Positions 36,411-49,528 of a stretch of DNA of 64,000 nucleotides are shown one piece after another. Under the pieces are notes generated by a model. That model had not been told where the DNA came from, searched no databases, and saw only the letters and a list, made by a program, of their open reading frames with translations. Both the position numbers and the translations under genes were made by a program. Position 1 is the stretch's first letter. Every line of letters starts with the position of its first letter. This stretch comes from Podarcis liolepis (lineage: Eukaryota): NCBI GenBank assembly GCA_965112155.1, contig OZ218101.1. One strand, written 5' to 3'.

Positions 36411-39290
36411 CTGTAAATTTAGTGGATGGCCTTGTTTACTATTTCTGAATCACCATCAAGGGTTGGAGTCCAGATCTCTGGTGTTCAGAAATAAAGCAGT
36501 GCTTTACAGATCACACTTGTTATAGAAGTTACTGATTATTCAATATTCAGCCCCACGTTCAAACCAACTCTTATTATCTTTACACTATCTGTCAGTAAAT
36601 GAACACAGAATGCTAGGAGCATACTTCTAAACTACAAGTTAGTAGAATTGTTATTCAGAAAATTAATGAAAATCATGTTTTAAACATTTATGACATAGAA
36701 AAATAAACGGATCAGATAGACAAGTTAATAATAATCAATTCGCTACAATTGTGCAAACTGAGATGCTGCTGATTCATAGTTTTAGACACCAAAAAGTACT
36801 ACTAGTTATTGATTTTTATCAAGTGATTTATCAATAAGCAACTTGCCTCTTGAAATGAACAGTCTGGGAAGAAATTTAGGAGCTAAAATTGAAACAGAAA
36901 ATTATGAAATATTTATTATTATGAAATAAGGCGATGAAATACAAAGTTTTTTATATAAAGTTGACTGCAGTTCATTAGGTGGCTACATTATTGTTGTTCT
37001 TAAAACCTTAAGAACATTTATCAGATGTTAAACACTATTTAACCGTAATAAGATTTCAGCCACACATGATTCTAACACTAAAGAAAATTAAAGCATTCCT
37101 ATGTACTTTAGTTTTACACAAAAAGTAGTCAAGCTGTGAAACTTGAAAATGACCAGAAATCTCAGTGTACATGTGCTGTAGAGGTATGGCCCTTCTCTTT
37201 TCCTGTGTCAAATGCAGAGTAGCAACATGGGAGCCTGTGAGTTAGGCAACTACAGCACAAACTGTAAGGCTTCACCATAGGTATGGGTAAAAGGTATATA
37301 CACATGATCAGTAATTGTTGGGCAGGAAGGAAAAAAAGGTAGCTGCAATAGCTGTGCAGGGAGAAAGGACAGTAGGAAGGGCTGCAAAAATAGTAGGTAG
37401 GAATGAGAAGACAGATGAGAAATTGATTAGAAGTACCGGCTGGGTGTTTTGTGGCATTTACCCAAATGAAGGTTTTGGGGAACTCTGGCTCTCTCTTTTA
37501 CATAACGCTATAAATTATGCTACTGCTGTATTCACTGAAACAGGACCGAGACTTCAGTTAAATTAAATGTAACCAATGTATGTAGATTTTGCATTAGTTA
37601 GGAATGCTATTTTGTGTAGTCTTCTATCACATTGGTTTTCTTCAGAACAAGTGGGCATTTCTTAACAAATATCATGTTGAATAACCCCAATCCCTCACTA
37701 CAATTTCAAAAGTGACAAAACGTAATTTTACATAGTATTTTCTGGAATAATGAAATTTGGCATGAACAACTGCGCATCATTTGTTTGTTTTTGGTCAGAT
37801 TTTGAAAGTGTATCTTCATAAAGTGGTAAATCTAGTAGTCTGATACTTAAGGTATCATGCCTATATTTATACAAATTAATTATGGAATAAATACTTAGCA
37901 GTTCAGTTATCTAATATTGTTCCATCTGTGCTACAATAAGCTACTTTGTTATTCCATATCATATTAAACTGTCAGAACAACCCTGAAAATGTGAAGTCAT
38001 TTTTCACAGAATGTGCATAGTTCCCCCCTTGCCCCTGCAGCACACCCACCAGAATTCACAAGACTAAAACCTGTCTGCTGTAAAACATAGGTACAAAGGT
38101 TTTCCCTTTGAATCCGAAGCCTAGCTGAAAGTTTCCTTTTGATCTCTAACAACTGCCAAGCACCTTCTGCTTCCTTCAGCCTATTGAACTTTAGGAGAAA
38201 ATGTGAGTTAACCTAAAACTTGTCTAGATTAACTGGTATGGGGAAATGGGAAGGAGTAATTACACTGAATGCAAGACAGGTGACAGAGAAGTATGGGGTA
38301 TCTGTTAAACCATACTTTTCTCCAGGAAGAGATTCACCACCACTTCTCATTTCAAGTGTTGAAGCTACCATTAATGCCCCAGAATTAACTGCTTTTATGT
38401 TAAGAGGATCTTAATGACATTTATTGTTTCAGCAATCATTTTATTTATGTTAGGACCAATTGCTGTGCTGGAGCTGGACTCTGATTACAACTGCATTTGT
38501 GAACAAATGATACTTATTATTTACCAAAACATGCTTAGTCTGAAGCCCTGGAAAATGTTGTCTGATCTATATATACAGCAGATTGCTATAAGCCTGTAAC
38601 TCTCTTCACTGGCAGGGACCTGGTCTGCATCTCACATTAAACCATAGTTAAAATAAAGTATGATTTAAGGCAAACAAGCAGTGTGATAGTGCACGCCAGT
38701 GAAATCATAGGCGTTATATGCTTGTCCTGGTCCTGCTCTGCTGTCAGGAAACAAGCCATGATCTGGCTTGTCTTGTCATTCAAACCCAGGCATGGGGTTT
38801 GTTTTCTAATCTTGTAATCCAAATGGGTAAAGTTTTGAAAATCACCCCCCACTGCCTGAATAAAATGTTCACAAGGGTGGGAATACTTCTAAACATAACT
38901 GGTCAGGCTGATACATCTTATTTTCCCTTTTGTTACATTTTCACAATAAAAATCCTTTAATACATCTAATTTACTGCACTCAAAATATACTTTCTAAAAC
39001 ACAGTTCAATCTTTTTTTATCAGTGTATTATGACAGACGGCATGATTGATTTGGACATGAGTCACCCAAGTTCATCAGATCTTTGACTAACCAGTATTTT
39101 ATAAAGTTGTGAGGATAAATTAGATGAAAACAGTGGGGAACTTCTGCAATCTGTACCAAGTGCTTCCAAAACAACAAGGCTCACTATTTCACACAGATGC
39201 CAATACAGGACACAGTTGGCAAAGTTTAGAAAACCAGTTCAATTTTATATCATTTATTTACATCAAACTTTTTTTAAAAAAGATTTTTAC

Positions 39291-39434
39291 CTGCAAGATT
39301 GTCAATCTCCTTCTCTTGGAGTAAGCTGACAGCATCATCATCTCCTTCCAGCATGAGCTCAGTTTCAGCATTCTGATTGACAACAGCTTGGCTTCGGAAG
39401 GTTTTCTTTGACTTCACGACATCTTCCTCAGTGC
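39291..39434 (-). CDS. NBEA: Neurobeachin coding exon: (G)TEEDVVKSKKTFRSQAVVNQNAETELMLEGDDDAVSLLQEKEIDNLA(G)
   Basis: Acceptor tttttatag|G and donor CAG|gtaaaa; 144 nt, phase 1-1. Joins in frame with the exons at 55119-55243 and 20910-21046; NBEA-type linker peptide. Confidence 0.95.
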
Positions 39435-39519
39435 CTATAAAAAAAGGTTGCAAACATTTTAGAATTCTGTTAGGTCTTTAGATCAGTCTCAACAACCTGT
39501 TTTCCAATACAAAGCAAAT

Positions 39520-39690
39520 TAGGCTTGCCATATGTCAGGAAAATTCCTGACATGCCCTGGTTTTCGGATGCGATCGAAAAAGCAGTGAAAACAGCTCCAA
39601 AAAGCTCAACAATTTTGGGGTCTTCCTAAAAAAAGCTAAACAACAACTTCGAGTGTCAGGAATTTTACTTTTTGAAATATGGCAACCCTA
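39520..39690. mobile_element. hAT-like MITE just upstream of an NBEA acceptor
   Basis: TIRs taggcttgccatat / atatggcaacccta; TSD degenerate. Confidence 0.6.
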
Positions 39691-42600
39691 AACAGATGGA
39701 ATCTGTCCACTGATGCAAATATCAATGATCAAAAATACACTTCAAAACAGCCTTTCCAGAACTTTTAATGCATGGGGATGTGTGCTCTTAGAGAACAAAG
39801 GCATGGTAGTAAACTTCAAAACAGAAGGCTGGGCTCCAACTTGTTTTTAACTAGCTTGTCATTGCTGGCAGTAATCCTCTCACATCAATCTGACAATGCA
39901 TTGTAGCAGAAAGGTACTGTACTAGACACGCAGGTGAATGTGGCAAATGTGCTGATTAATGATGTAGACAAATCTTTCTGAAATCAGTTTTGTTTTACAA
40001 TATTAAACATACATTTATCTGAAGGACATATAAAACTAGCCTGCTTTGGTTTGATAGAAGCTTGTTGGCTTGGCTGTTCTTTAAATTTATCACTCAGTTG
40101 AGTATACCTCAGTTTGCCACAATATACCAGGCATTTATCTAAATGAAAGTGTAGGAGACCGAAAGTTGCCCTTCAATCACTGTATCCTTTATGAATTAGA
40201 GTTCCATTTATCAAAATTACAGAAAGAAGAGGTAATGTCTCAGAAGGCTGTCTCATTACAAGGCTTATAAACACTGCCCTTACAAAGAAGTGGTTTAACA
40301 CCTAACAAATCAAAAATTGATTGGGAATAGAATTTATTTGAGATAATCTATCTTCGGAAGACATGCCGTACTGAGTGCACTTCTTGGCCTCAGTACCCAT
40401 TCATCAAGAAATTAACAAGCAAGTTCCACAGACCACCAGACTTCCTTGGATTCTGAAGTACGAAATATGTTAAAAACAGATCTGTCACAGATGTTCTAAT
40501 TGCATACTCCTGAAGGTTTTTTGTTTCCTTAAAGGATCTCAAAAGAAAAGATACAAGCTGATTATTTCTAATTTCTCTATAGAAGTACACTGGCAAGATT
40601 GCAAATATGCATTTGGCACCAAATGTACTTCGTATTGTTAGCATTTCTAAAATATAATAAAAATAATTTTATTTATTCTAAAATAATACAAATACCAGGG
40701 AAACATCTAGACAGTGCAATCTATCAAGGACTGGGGAGCTGCAGAGTGGCAGATTCCAAAGCCCAGTCAGCTGCAGCCAGCCAAGGCAGAAGAGGTGTGT
40801 GAGTGAGAGAGGGAATCTTTCCTTTTTTGCTGCACCATCTGGGGTCCTCAGGAGATTTGTGGAGCTTTGGATCTCATACACACAAAGGCTCTGCCATTCC
40901 GCCCTGACATGCCACATTTGAGGTCTTCAGGAGTGGGGTCTTCTATCAGCAGTGGGAGAAGAAGTGTCAGTAGCTTTCTGTCTGCTACGGCACTGCTTGG
41001 TTCTTCTGCCATGGCAGAGTCCTGCCCTGCTAGTGAAGAGGGGCCTACGTACCATCCTAAACTCATTCTAAAGACAGTACCATCATGGGGTCAGGACAGC
41101 AACTTAAGTATGCTTATTTAACATGTTTCATTAGAGGTAAAAATATGAAAGCAATTTAAAAATCTCTTCCTTGTAGCTTTTACAAGCTGCCAGCTTCGAC
41201 AAAGATAGTATCTGAAGATTAGGAAGCTACGAGAAAAGACCCAGGAAAATGGCTAAAAATGTTTTTCTTGATTATCCTGGATTTTTTTGTCCTTTCACTA
41301 TGATTCGTAAGACAAGGTGATAATCCAGAATGCAACCCTGTTGATAGTATGAGAATCCAGTCTCTAGGTTATATTACAAAGTGCTTTTGCGAGTATCCTT
41401 TGTTTCAAAAGCTGCTATGAGAAACAGGAGTTATTGTTTGAGGGACACAAGCACTGAAGTCCCTTAGACCTGTAGAACCTGTTGTGTGGTTCTTTGGATC
41501 CAAACCATGGGCTACAAGCTCACGAGGTTTCTTTTGTACACATACGTGACAATGCACAAACTGGGGTGTCCCCCCCCCCGTTTCCTTACCTAAGGGTATG
41601 CCCCACTGAATGCAACAGGACTTACTCCTGAATTGGCATGGTTATATTTGCACTGCAAGGAATATGCAAAAGAGGAGAAAAGCAGGTCCCTCATACTGAT
41701 TTTTACTCTCTGTTTGGTTCACCTAAATGATTACAGATGCCAGGTTCCTTGCAGTTTATTCTAGCCTTAAAACTTTGACCTGTGTACCTGTATTTAGGAC
41801 CTTACGTAAGGACACTGGTTTCCTGTTTGAAACCTGAACTGGATAAAAATCTACAAATCACTTTCTCTAGTATATTGACAAGTAAGTATATGGGCCTAGT
41901 GCAGAATAAAGCAGCTCTGGCTTTGTTTTTTGGTTGTAAGTGCATAATTTAAATGGTTGAAATAATAAATGTTTTCCTAAGATGCTTACATCTGACAGAG
42001 CACTTGTGATGCTACCAAAACCACAATTAAAAATGAAGGATGGTATTCAGCTAAGTTTTACTCAAACTAGACCTATTGAAATTAATGAACATCACTAAGC
42101 TAGGTCTACTCTGAGTAGAATCTAGCTAAAAGTTCTATGGCATGATAAAGGAATTGGAATTTACTAGTCTCTTGTTTTACTAACATTTTATTTGTGGAAA
42201 ACCACTAAGTAAATAACCACAGAAGAAACAAATGTTGAAATCTTGAATAAAAGAAATAGAAGTAAAGGATGGGAAATATCATTCTACACTATAACTCAGA
42301 ATATAATGTCTGAGGAAATGAGAAAAATAAAGGACAAATATATGAGGAGTGGTGCAAACCATGTTAGTCTTAAACATACCATTTTTTCTAAGATATATTA
42401 AATAGGGTTCAGTATCATTAGTCTTCTGCAAAACATGAGTGAGATAATATTCCCCCCAAAAGGTTTTTATTAAATAGGTTGGCCACACTCTTGATCCGAG
42501 ACTAAATTTTACCTGTGACAAGTAGATCCCACAGTTCTTCATACCAGTTTCTAATTTGGGAGGTATTGATACATTTCTATGCCTGTGCTGTCTGAAATTT

Positions 42601-44172
42601 AGCTGCAGTAAGTAACTGGGTAACTGAGTCAATGAATTATCTCTGAAACAAAGACACTGAAGAGCCCTATCCATGGATCAAAAAGAATGGTATATCACTT
42701 TTGATATGAGCCAGAATCTCCCTTCAGAATTTTAATAGTTTGGGGCATTTTTGGACTATACTATGTATAGAGATACATTCAAACCTGACCACAGCTCTGT
42801 CAAGGCAAATTTGAACAGCTCTAATGTAAATGGCTCAGTCTGCTCGGTGGAAGATGCCATCTAGTAAATAACATATAGGTGGCCTCCTTTGTGTTTAGCA
42901 AGGGAAATGTGAGCACTACTCTTTTCTTTTTAAAGGGTGTATGAAATTGCAGTTAAGAGTTGAAAAGTTTAATCCTTTTCAATGAAACACAAATTCTACT
43001 CAAGGAATCACCTGAGACCAGTATATATTATGAGCAGATAGACCAAGATACAGACCTGCATTAATCCAGATTCCATCAAATCAAAGGGAATGGGGCCTCT
43101 GATTCAGTGGAATAAGGAGTGCACTCATTATAAAGAATATTTTCTCTCTTTAAAGTACAATGAAACAGCAAGAAGCATGAAATACAATGACAGAGAGCCT
43201 TTTGAAAACGGTATTTGGCATGTCAACATTTATTTTGATAACATCCATATTTTCCTCTCAAATTTCATTTAAACTTGTAAATTCTCATTTGGATTCTTCA
43301 GGTCACAGCTGGTACTAGGTATGCAAGCTAAGCTTCAAAGATAACCTGCTGTGTCCATGCTTACAAGAAGTCAGTTCAAGGCTACTTGAATAAATGTAGA
43401 CTCATAACGTGGCTGATTTCAGACATGGGTAGACTTTCTGAGAAGCAGAAGCAAAAAACAAAACAAAAAAACAACCCCAAAAAACCCCAAATACAAATAC
43501 AAAATTCAAACAAGCACATAACTCAGTTCAAACAAACCACTCAACATCATCACTCATTAACATCCATTCAACTTTTAAGGTCACTAATTTCATTTTAAAA
43601 ATAGAGTGGAAATAAAAGTAAAGTTTGCTTAGAGGCCATGATACAAGCCAAGGGAGAGTCCTGCGTCTTTCAGAGTTCATTCCACAGCTTACTTCAGTGA
43701 ATTATAGATAAGGCAATTTATGCAGAGAGTTCTCTTTCATCTTTGAAGAGGGCTGGCAGAATGGAAAGTTAACTCATTTTAGTGTTACCTAAATGTACTG
43801 ACAGGAAATTCTAATGTTTCCAAACATCTGGAAATCAGCTTCATGGGATGGTGATTTCTTTTCTTAAAGAATGCCTTTTCATATACCGTCTTTTACAGCT
43901 TTATGTGGCTCCTAAAAGAGTGTTTTGACATAACTAAAGTCTGTCTGCTTCACAATAAAATGCTGCATTTAATTTAAAAAATCTTTTACAGAATAAAGAT
44001 GTTTTTGTGAAGTTCTACTCTCTTGGACACTTATACGACGTTTCTTATTTCTTATTAAAGTATCTTAGCCTGTGTTGCTTTTTAGCATAACGTCCCTGTT
44101 TCAGTTTATAGTCAAGGGTACTAATGAATTGACTCTTAAGAGGTAACACATTTCATTACCTGAGGTATTTGC

Positions 44173-44203
44173 GGCTCTGTGGCGCAATGGGTAGCGCATT
44201 GGA
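44173..44203 (+). pseudogene. Tailless 5'-half tRNA-Arg(TCT) retrocopy
   Basis: GGCTCTGTGGCGCAATGGGTAGCGCATTGGA matches the first 31 nt of vertebrate tRNA-Arg-TCT (one mismatch to the remembered consensus). Flanked by direct repeats ttcattacctgag(g/a)tat at 44152-44168 and 44205-44221. Confidence 0.85.
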
Positions 44204-44535
44204 ATTCATTACCTGAGATATGAAATGAGAGCAAGAAAACGTACACATTTGGCATGTCTTCCTTGTTTAATATTGTAAAAGTAAAACTGTGTCAGGTGGT
44301 AAACCATTAAAAAGATGCAATCATGAGACTGCAAAGTCCCAGCAGGCACTAACTTGCAGATCTAGCAGCAGGGCTCAGGGCAATGTTTTGGAAGAATCAG
44401 GGCAGGTCACAAACCAAGAAACTGCTGGACTGGTTATTGCTGTATAGCACCTCCCTAATAATGGCCAGAATGTGTACTGCAGTGTGTAAGCCCAGTTGAG
44501 AATCCTGGTTTGGTTTGGCTTCCAGTCTGAGCAAC

Positions 44536-44816
44536 GAAGAAGAAGAAGAAGAAGAAGAAGAAGAAGAAGAAGAGTAGTTTGGATTTGATATTCCGCTTTA
44601 TCACTATCCTAAAGGAGTCTCTAAGCGGCTCACAATCTCCGTTCCCTTCCCTCCCCCACAACAAACACTCTGTGAGGTGAGTGAGGCTGAGAGACTTCAG
44701 AGAAGTGTGACTGGCCCAAGGTCACCCAGCAGCTGCATGTGGGGGAGCGGGGAAGCGAACCCGGTTCACCAGATTATGAGTCCACCGCTCTTAACCACTA
44801 CACCACACTGGCTCTC
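44536..44816 (-). mobile_element. Full-length tRNA-derived squamate SINE (Squam3-like) with (CTT)n tail
   Basis: Minus head gagagccagtgtggtgtagtggttaagagc (A box) and ggttcgcttcc (B box); L2-like 3' end gagccgcttagagactcc...gcggaatatcaaa; 12 GAA units on plus from 44536. Confidence 0.85.
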
Positions 44817-45099
44817 AGCTAGTGCAGTAGCTGTACAGCCTCCCCAAAACTAATGTTTTGTTGCTTGAATATCGGCTTTGCCTTGCCTCACCAGAGGCCT
44901 ACTTGAATCTTGCCTACCATTTTGTCTTGCTGAAAGTCTTACCTGAATGTTTACTGAACTACTGGAACAGGTTCATAGTCTCCTAGATCACTAACACTAG
45001 AGACTTCAGTGGGTAGTTCCTTTTACCAACTTTGGCTGGTAGGACAGCTACAGCCATTTTTGGGCTAGGATAGCCTGACAAATGCCATCCATTTGCTGG

Positions 45100-45245
45100 T
45101 AACCTCCAAATTAGATTACCATAATGTGCTCTGAGTGAGACTGCCCTTGAGGCTGACTCAGAAGCTGCAGTTGGTGCAAAACGTAGTGGTTCGAATATTC
45201 ACTGCAGTCGTATATTGCCGCCATTATCAGTTGCTAACTGCATTG
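45100..45245 (+). mobile_element. L2 LINE fragment
   Basis: SKLDYHNVL*VRLPLRLTQKLQLVQNVVVR motif. Confidence 0.65.
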
Positions 45246-47536
45246 GATTTGAAATTCAAATTATATATATATATATATAATTAATTGTTTTTATACAGGG
45301 TTTTTTTAATTGTTTGCATATATGTAACTGTTTTAAATATACTTTTAATTTATTGTGAAATTATGTCAAGATATTCATAGGAAGAAATAACAAAATAAAG
45401 TATAATAGTAGTAATAATAATTCATACAGGAATTATGCCCATAAGCATAAAATCCCTCAACAGAATCTCATCTCTTAATGAATTGTTAAGAGTTCCATAA
45501 TTTTCCAGAGTTGAAAAAGAATTCTTTAAAAAACAAACAAACAAAAAACCTAGGGAGAAAAGGATTAAGAGGAGAAATAGCAGGTAACGTATATTTGAAA
45601 TAAAAAGAATACAATTACTGGGCACTTAGATTTTCTAAGCTCTGTATAAAAAATAAACTACAGAAAGGATATACGCACAATCTAAAGTTAAAAACAAATA
45701 GATTTAGAGCACAATCAACAATTCTAATAGGAAATATTTGATTCTACTAATTAGGAGGAGAATTCATTTTTTGCCCTGGTTTCCAATAAACATGCCAGAC
45801 ACTGGTAGTTATTTTCATTTTGAGAGGTGTTGTACTTAAGAAAATTCAGTACTGTAATGGTGGAACAGAGCAATGACATCTGACCTTGTAAGCAGCATTT
45901 GTCAATGAAAATCTCATAAGGGATATGTCCAGATAATTTAACCCATATTTTACATACCTTTCATTAGTTAACATAATGTCTTAAGTTGCAGACATTCATT
46001 ATATAGCAAAGGCTAGCAAATAAGGAGGTGATTACTTGTGATTTAATGATCTTATATTACAAAATATTGAAAATGAGAAAATAATGACAAGTAGCAAAAA
46101 CTACATTAATAATAATTATGCTTGAATACAGTTTACAAAGAATAGTCATAACTGAGTTATTTTCCCAAATATAACAAATAGCTACTGCTCAGTAGCAAAG
46201 GACATCAAGGACACTTGCAAGAAAGAATTGGATCAATATTAACGTGATTTTCATTTCATGCTTCCCCAACTCCAGTAAGCTGACAATATACTCTGATTAT
46301 GTGAACTGCCTGTGAGTAACATAGAAAAGGTTATTAGAGCAAGAGGTGGAAATGGAATGCACTTTTTATATTGACAGATTTGCTAATAGAGTGTACTGAC
46401 TTTCAAAAGCCATGCAATGCGTTTTCACAATTTGCTTTTCAAAATACACCCTACCTACCTTCTAATACTAGTTCAAAAACATATTTTTAAAAGAAGATAT
46501 ATTTTATATTTATATAAAAGATAACTTTTATTGATAGGAAAGATATTTATAAAATAGACCAAGAGAAAAAATGCAATTAAAAAAGCCAAAATATGTTCTT
46601 GAATTTGCAATATGACTTGAACACTTGTAATGTGATTGTATACTATGGAAGTGCAAGATAATGTAAGAATACTCTTAAGAGAAGGTAGGTAATTATTTTG
46701 AAATAGAATATAATAAAACTTGCCTTAGAGGTTACACATAAATGATAAGTATAGAATCTTCTAGTAGGGTTTTTGATTAAAATCTAACAAGCAAAAGCTA
46801 AACAAAACTAAGGTTCCAAACCTGATAATTAAACTGCCCCCCATCAATGCTTCTTGCCACTTGAGAATTAAATACAACATGGGTTTCCTTCATTGAAAAC
46901 AATGAAATTGTAGAATGAATCTGAAGGGTTGCTGCTAAGTCCAGGGTAGTAACGGAATTCATTCACAGGATTGGAGACGAAACCCCTGAAAAGCTTCATG
47001 TATAAATTTTGATTCTGTATTTAAATTGGCAGTCGCAAGAGTATAAATGAGTATAAATGATTTTATCTTTAGAGGGGAAATTCTAAGAGTAGACAAAATA
47101 TTCTATACTTGACTCACAAGGTCATTCACCACATAACAAAGCAAAAGTCTCCAAAGCAATTTAAAAAATATATATCTCACAAAATGGTGGCAGAATGGGA
47201 CACTGTGGCGCACATAGCTATCTTGTCAAAAGAAAAACCCAACAGGTACCTATCACACCTGAACAGCAGCAGTCCACATAAAAATCATAGCAGTCAATTA
47301 ATGAACATTTTGGGGCATTTCCCCACATTCACAGGACTGTGCTTGTAAAGCGCAATATTCTCACAAGAGAACAGCAACCTCAAAACAAGACACACTGTGC
47401 ATGGGAAATTATTAACAAATGTGTACTGTACTAAAAAATATGAACATGCATCAATGCAATGAAATAAATTTTGGATAGCAAAGATGCAGGGTGAAAATGG
47501 AAAAGTTTGTTGATAAATGAACCAAAAGCAGCAAAA

Positions 47537-47568
47537 AAAGAAAGAAAGAAAGAAAGAAAGAAAGAAAA
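47537..47568. repeat. (AAAG)n microsatellite
   Basis: Direct reading. Confidence 0.9.
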
Positions 47569-49444
47569 AGGAAGAAAATCTGGGGAAGACAATGCTCTTT
47601 AAGTAAAACGGAATGGTTTACATGCCTGTCTTACATTGCTTCCTCTGAGATCATCACATTTAGACTGAAGAACAGAGAAGAGTTATTTGATGACATCTGG
47701 AAGCCCTTTACCACTGAATACACATTTTAAAAGAGCTCGTCACTGTAATATCTAGATTAGTATCTACATAATCTCTGTCCATGAAGTGGATGCCACTCCA
47801 TAAAAGTTCCAGAAATATATTCTCATCTTGTACTTATATAGAAGTAAAAGCTCAGCATAAAAATGAACAAAGAATGTTATGCTACGTGTTATGCTTTGTG
47901 CACCGTTACATTTGAAAATATTATTTTCAAAAGACACCGAAAATGAAAGTAGCTTTTTCCCCTGGTAGGGGGAAAAAATGCATGATTCACTAGTAAGAAA
48001 CTGTAGTACACATGCACAGATGGGAATGCTTAGCCATTTTAGAAGGAATGATTATCAAAGCAGTTATTTCCCCCCACTTTATCTTGTAGCATTCTTTTAT
48101 GAACATTCCTAATTCAAATTGTAAGTCACAAGACTAAAAAGGCATGAGCAAATGATAAGTTGAAATCAAAGAGAGATCGCGACATTCTGTTTGCAATGGA
48201 AATCCATGTGTGCACAACCAATTTCTCTTCACAAATAGGAACATATGCATAGGATGCTGGGTGGTATGGATTTATGCTCCTTTAAACTAGGCACTAAGTT
48301 CTATAGCTAAACAGCATGGATTCAGCTTGAAGCTGGTCATTCTTATCCCCCTACCCCAAACAGATCCATACAACAGATCAAGACAGTGCCATGCCCTATT
48401 CTTTGCTTCAAGCCTCCATATCAACCATCTTTAATTCCCAGTGACTATCTGCTTCCATACATACCATTTCCCCCACCCTTCTAGATCTTTGGAGAAAGCC
48501 CTGGTCTGTCACCACCTTTGGAAATTATGAGGAGTAGGACTTTTTCTGCTGTGACATCATATAATAAATGGTCATGCATATATTAGGGGCCACCTTTATT
48601 TTCATCACCACTGTTGAGACAACTCAATAGTGCTTTCTTGATTATAGACCATCCACATACCAAGTAAAGATATGTTCTTGGAAGCTGATCCACAGTTTAT
48701 GAAACTCCTGTGCCAAAGTACATACATGAGACCTTCATATATCCACAATTTACAACACAACCATCTGAGAGAATACACAGAATCACGAAAACTTATATCC
48801 ACGTGGCAAGTATAAATCAGTGAGCTTTCAAAAGGTCTTGTATGAACATGGAATTTTGCTGCCCCAAATGATACATGCTCAAGCAATTGTATTGAGCCAA
48901 TCTGAGGGCCATTGTCAGGAACCTCCTCACTTCCCAAAGGGGTATTTGTATTTAGTTCCTAAGGGGATTGATGTATGCATGTGTGTCGTGGAGCAAATCT
49001 GGGGTTGGAAACCAAAAGCTAGATGTCTGTGGATAGCCCCACTGAGGATCAAGGGAGTCAGGCCTCTCTCCCATTTTATACCTGCAGTGATTCTCCTCTC
49101 GCACACCATCTCAGTGCTAGGGGATGGAGCTGCTTCACAGTGAATTAGCTTGCATCGGAACGGAAGAAATTAATAAGGCAGGTTCCTTTGCTAAGTGCTA
49201 GTATCTGGAAGGCCCAGAAATGGAAGTTTATAGATTGGAAGGCTCAAATCCAGTTTGGACTCAGGTCCAAGCCAAGCTCAGCCGAACTCTCACATAATCC
49301 CTATTGGCAAGGAAATTATACAAGCAGCTTTCTGCACAGTTCACGGTCATTTTGACCTTGCTGGATTGCATAAACTGCTTAGAACACTAACAGTTGTACT
49401 GTTAACAAACCACTGTACTCTGGGGACTGTGTCATAATTTGCAA

Positions 49445-49447
<3 letters not shown>

Positions 49448-49485
<38 letters not shown>

Positions 49486-49528
49486 CCTCCCTCCCTCCCT
49501 CCCTCCCTCTCTCTCTCTCACACACACA
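49448..49528. repeat. Compound (CT)n(CCCT)n(CT)n(CA)n microsatellite
   Basis: Direct reading; long polypyrimidine mirror tract. Confidence 0.9.

Noticed and set aside
40396-41070. Possible extra NBEA cassette/micro-exons (e.g. tttag|AATGAGTTTAGGATG|gtacgt)
   Set aside because: The flanking exons already join in frame to the known NBEA peptide; these candidates have weak sites or introduce an immediate stop. No support without RNA data.
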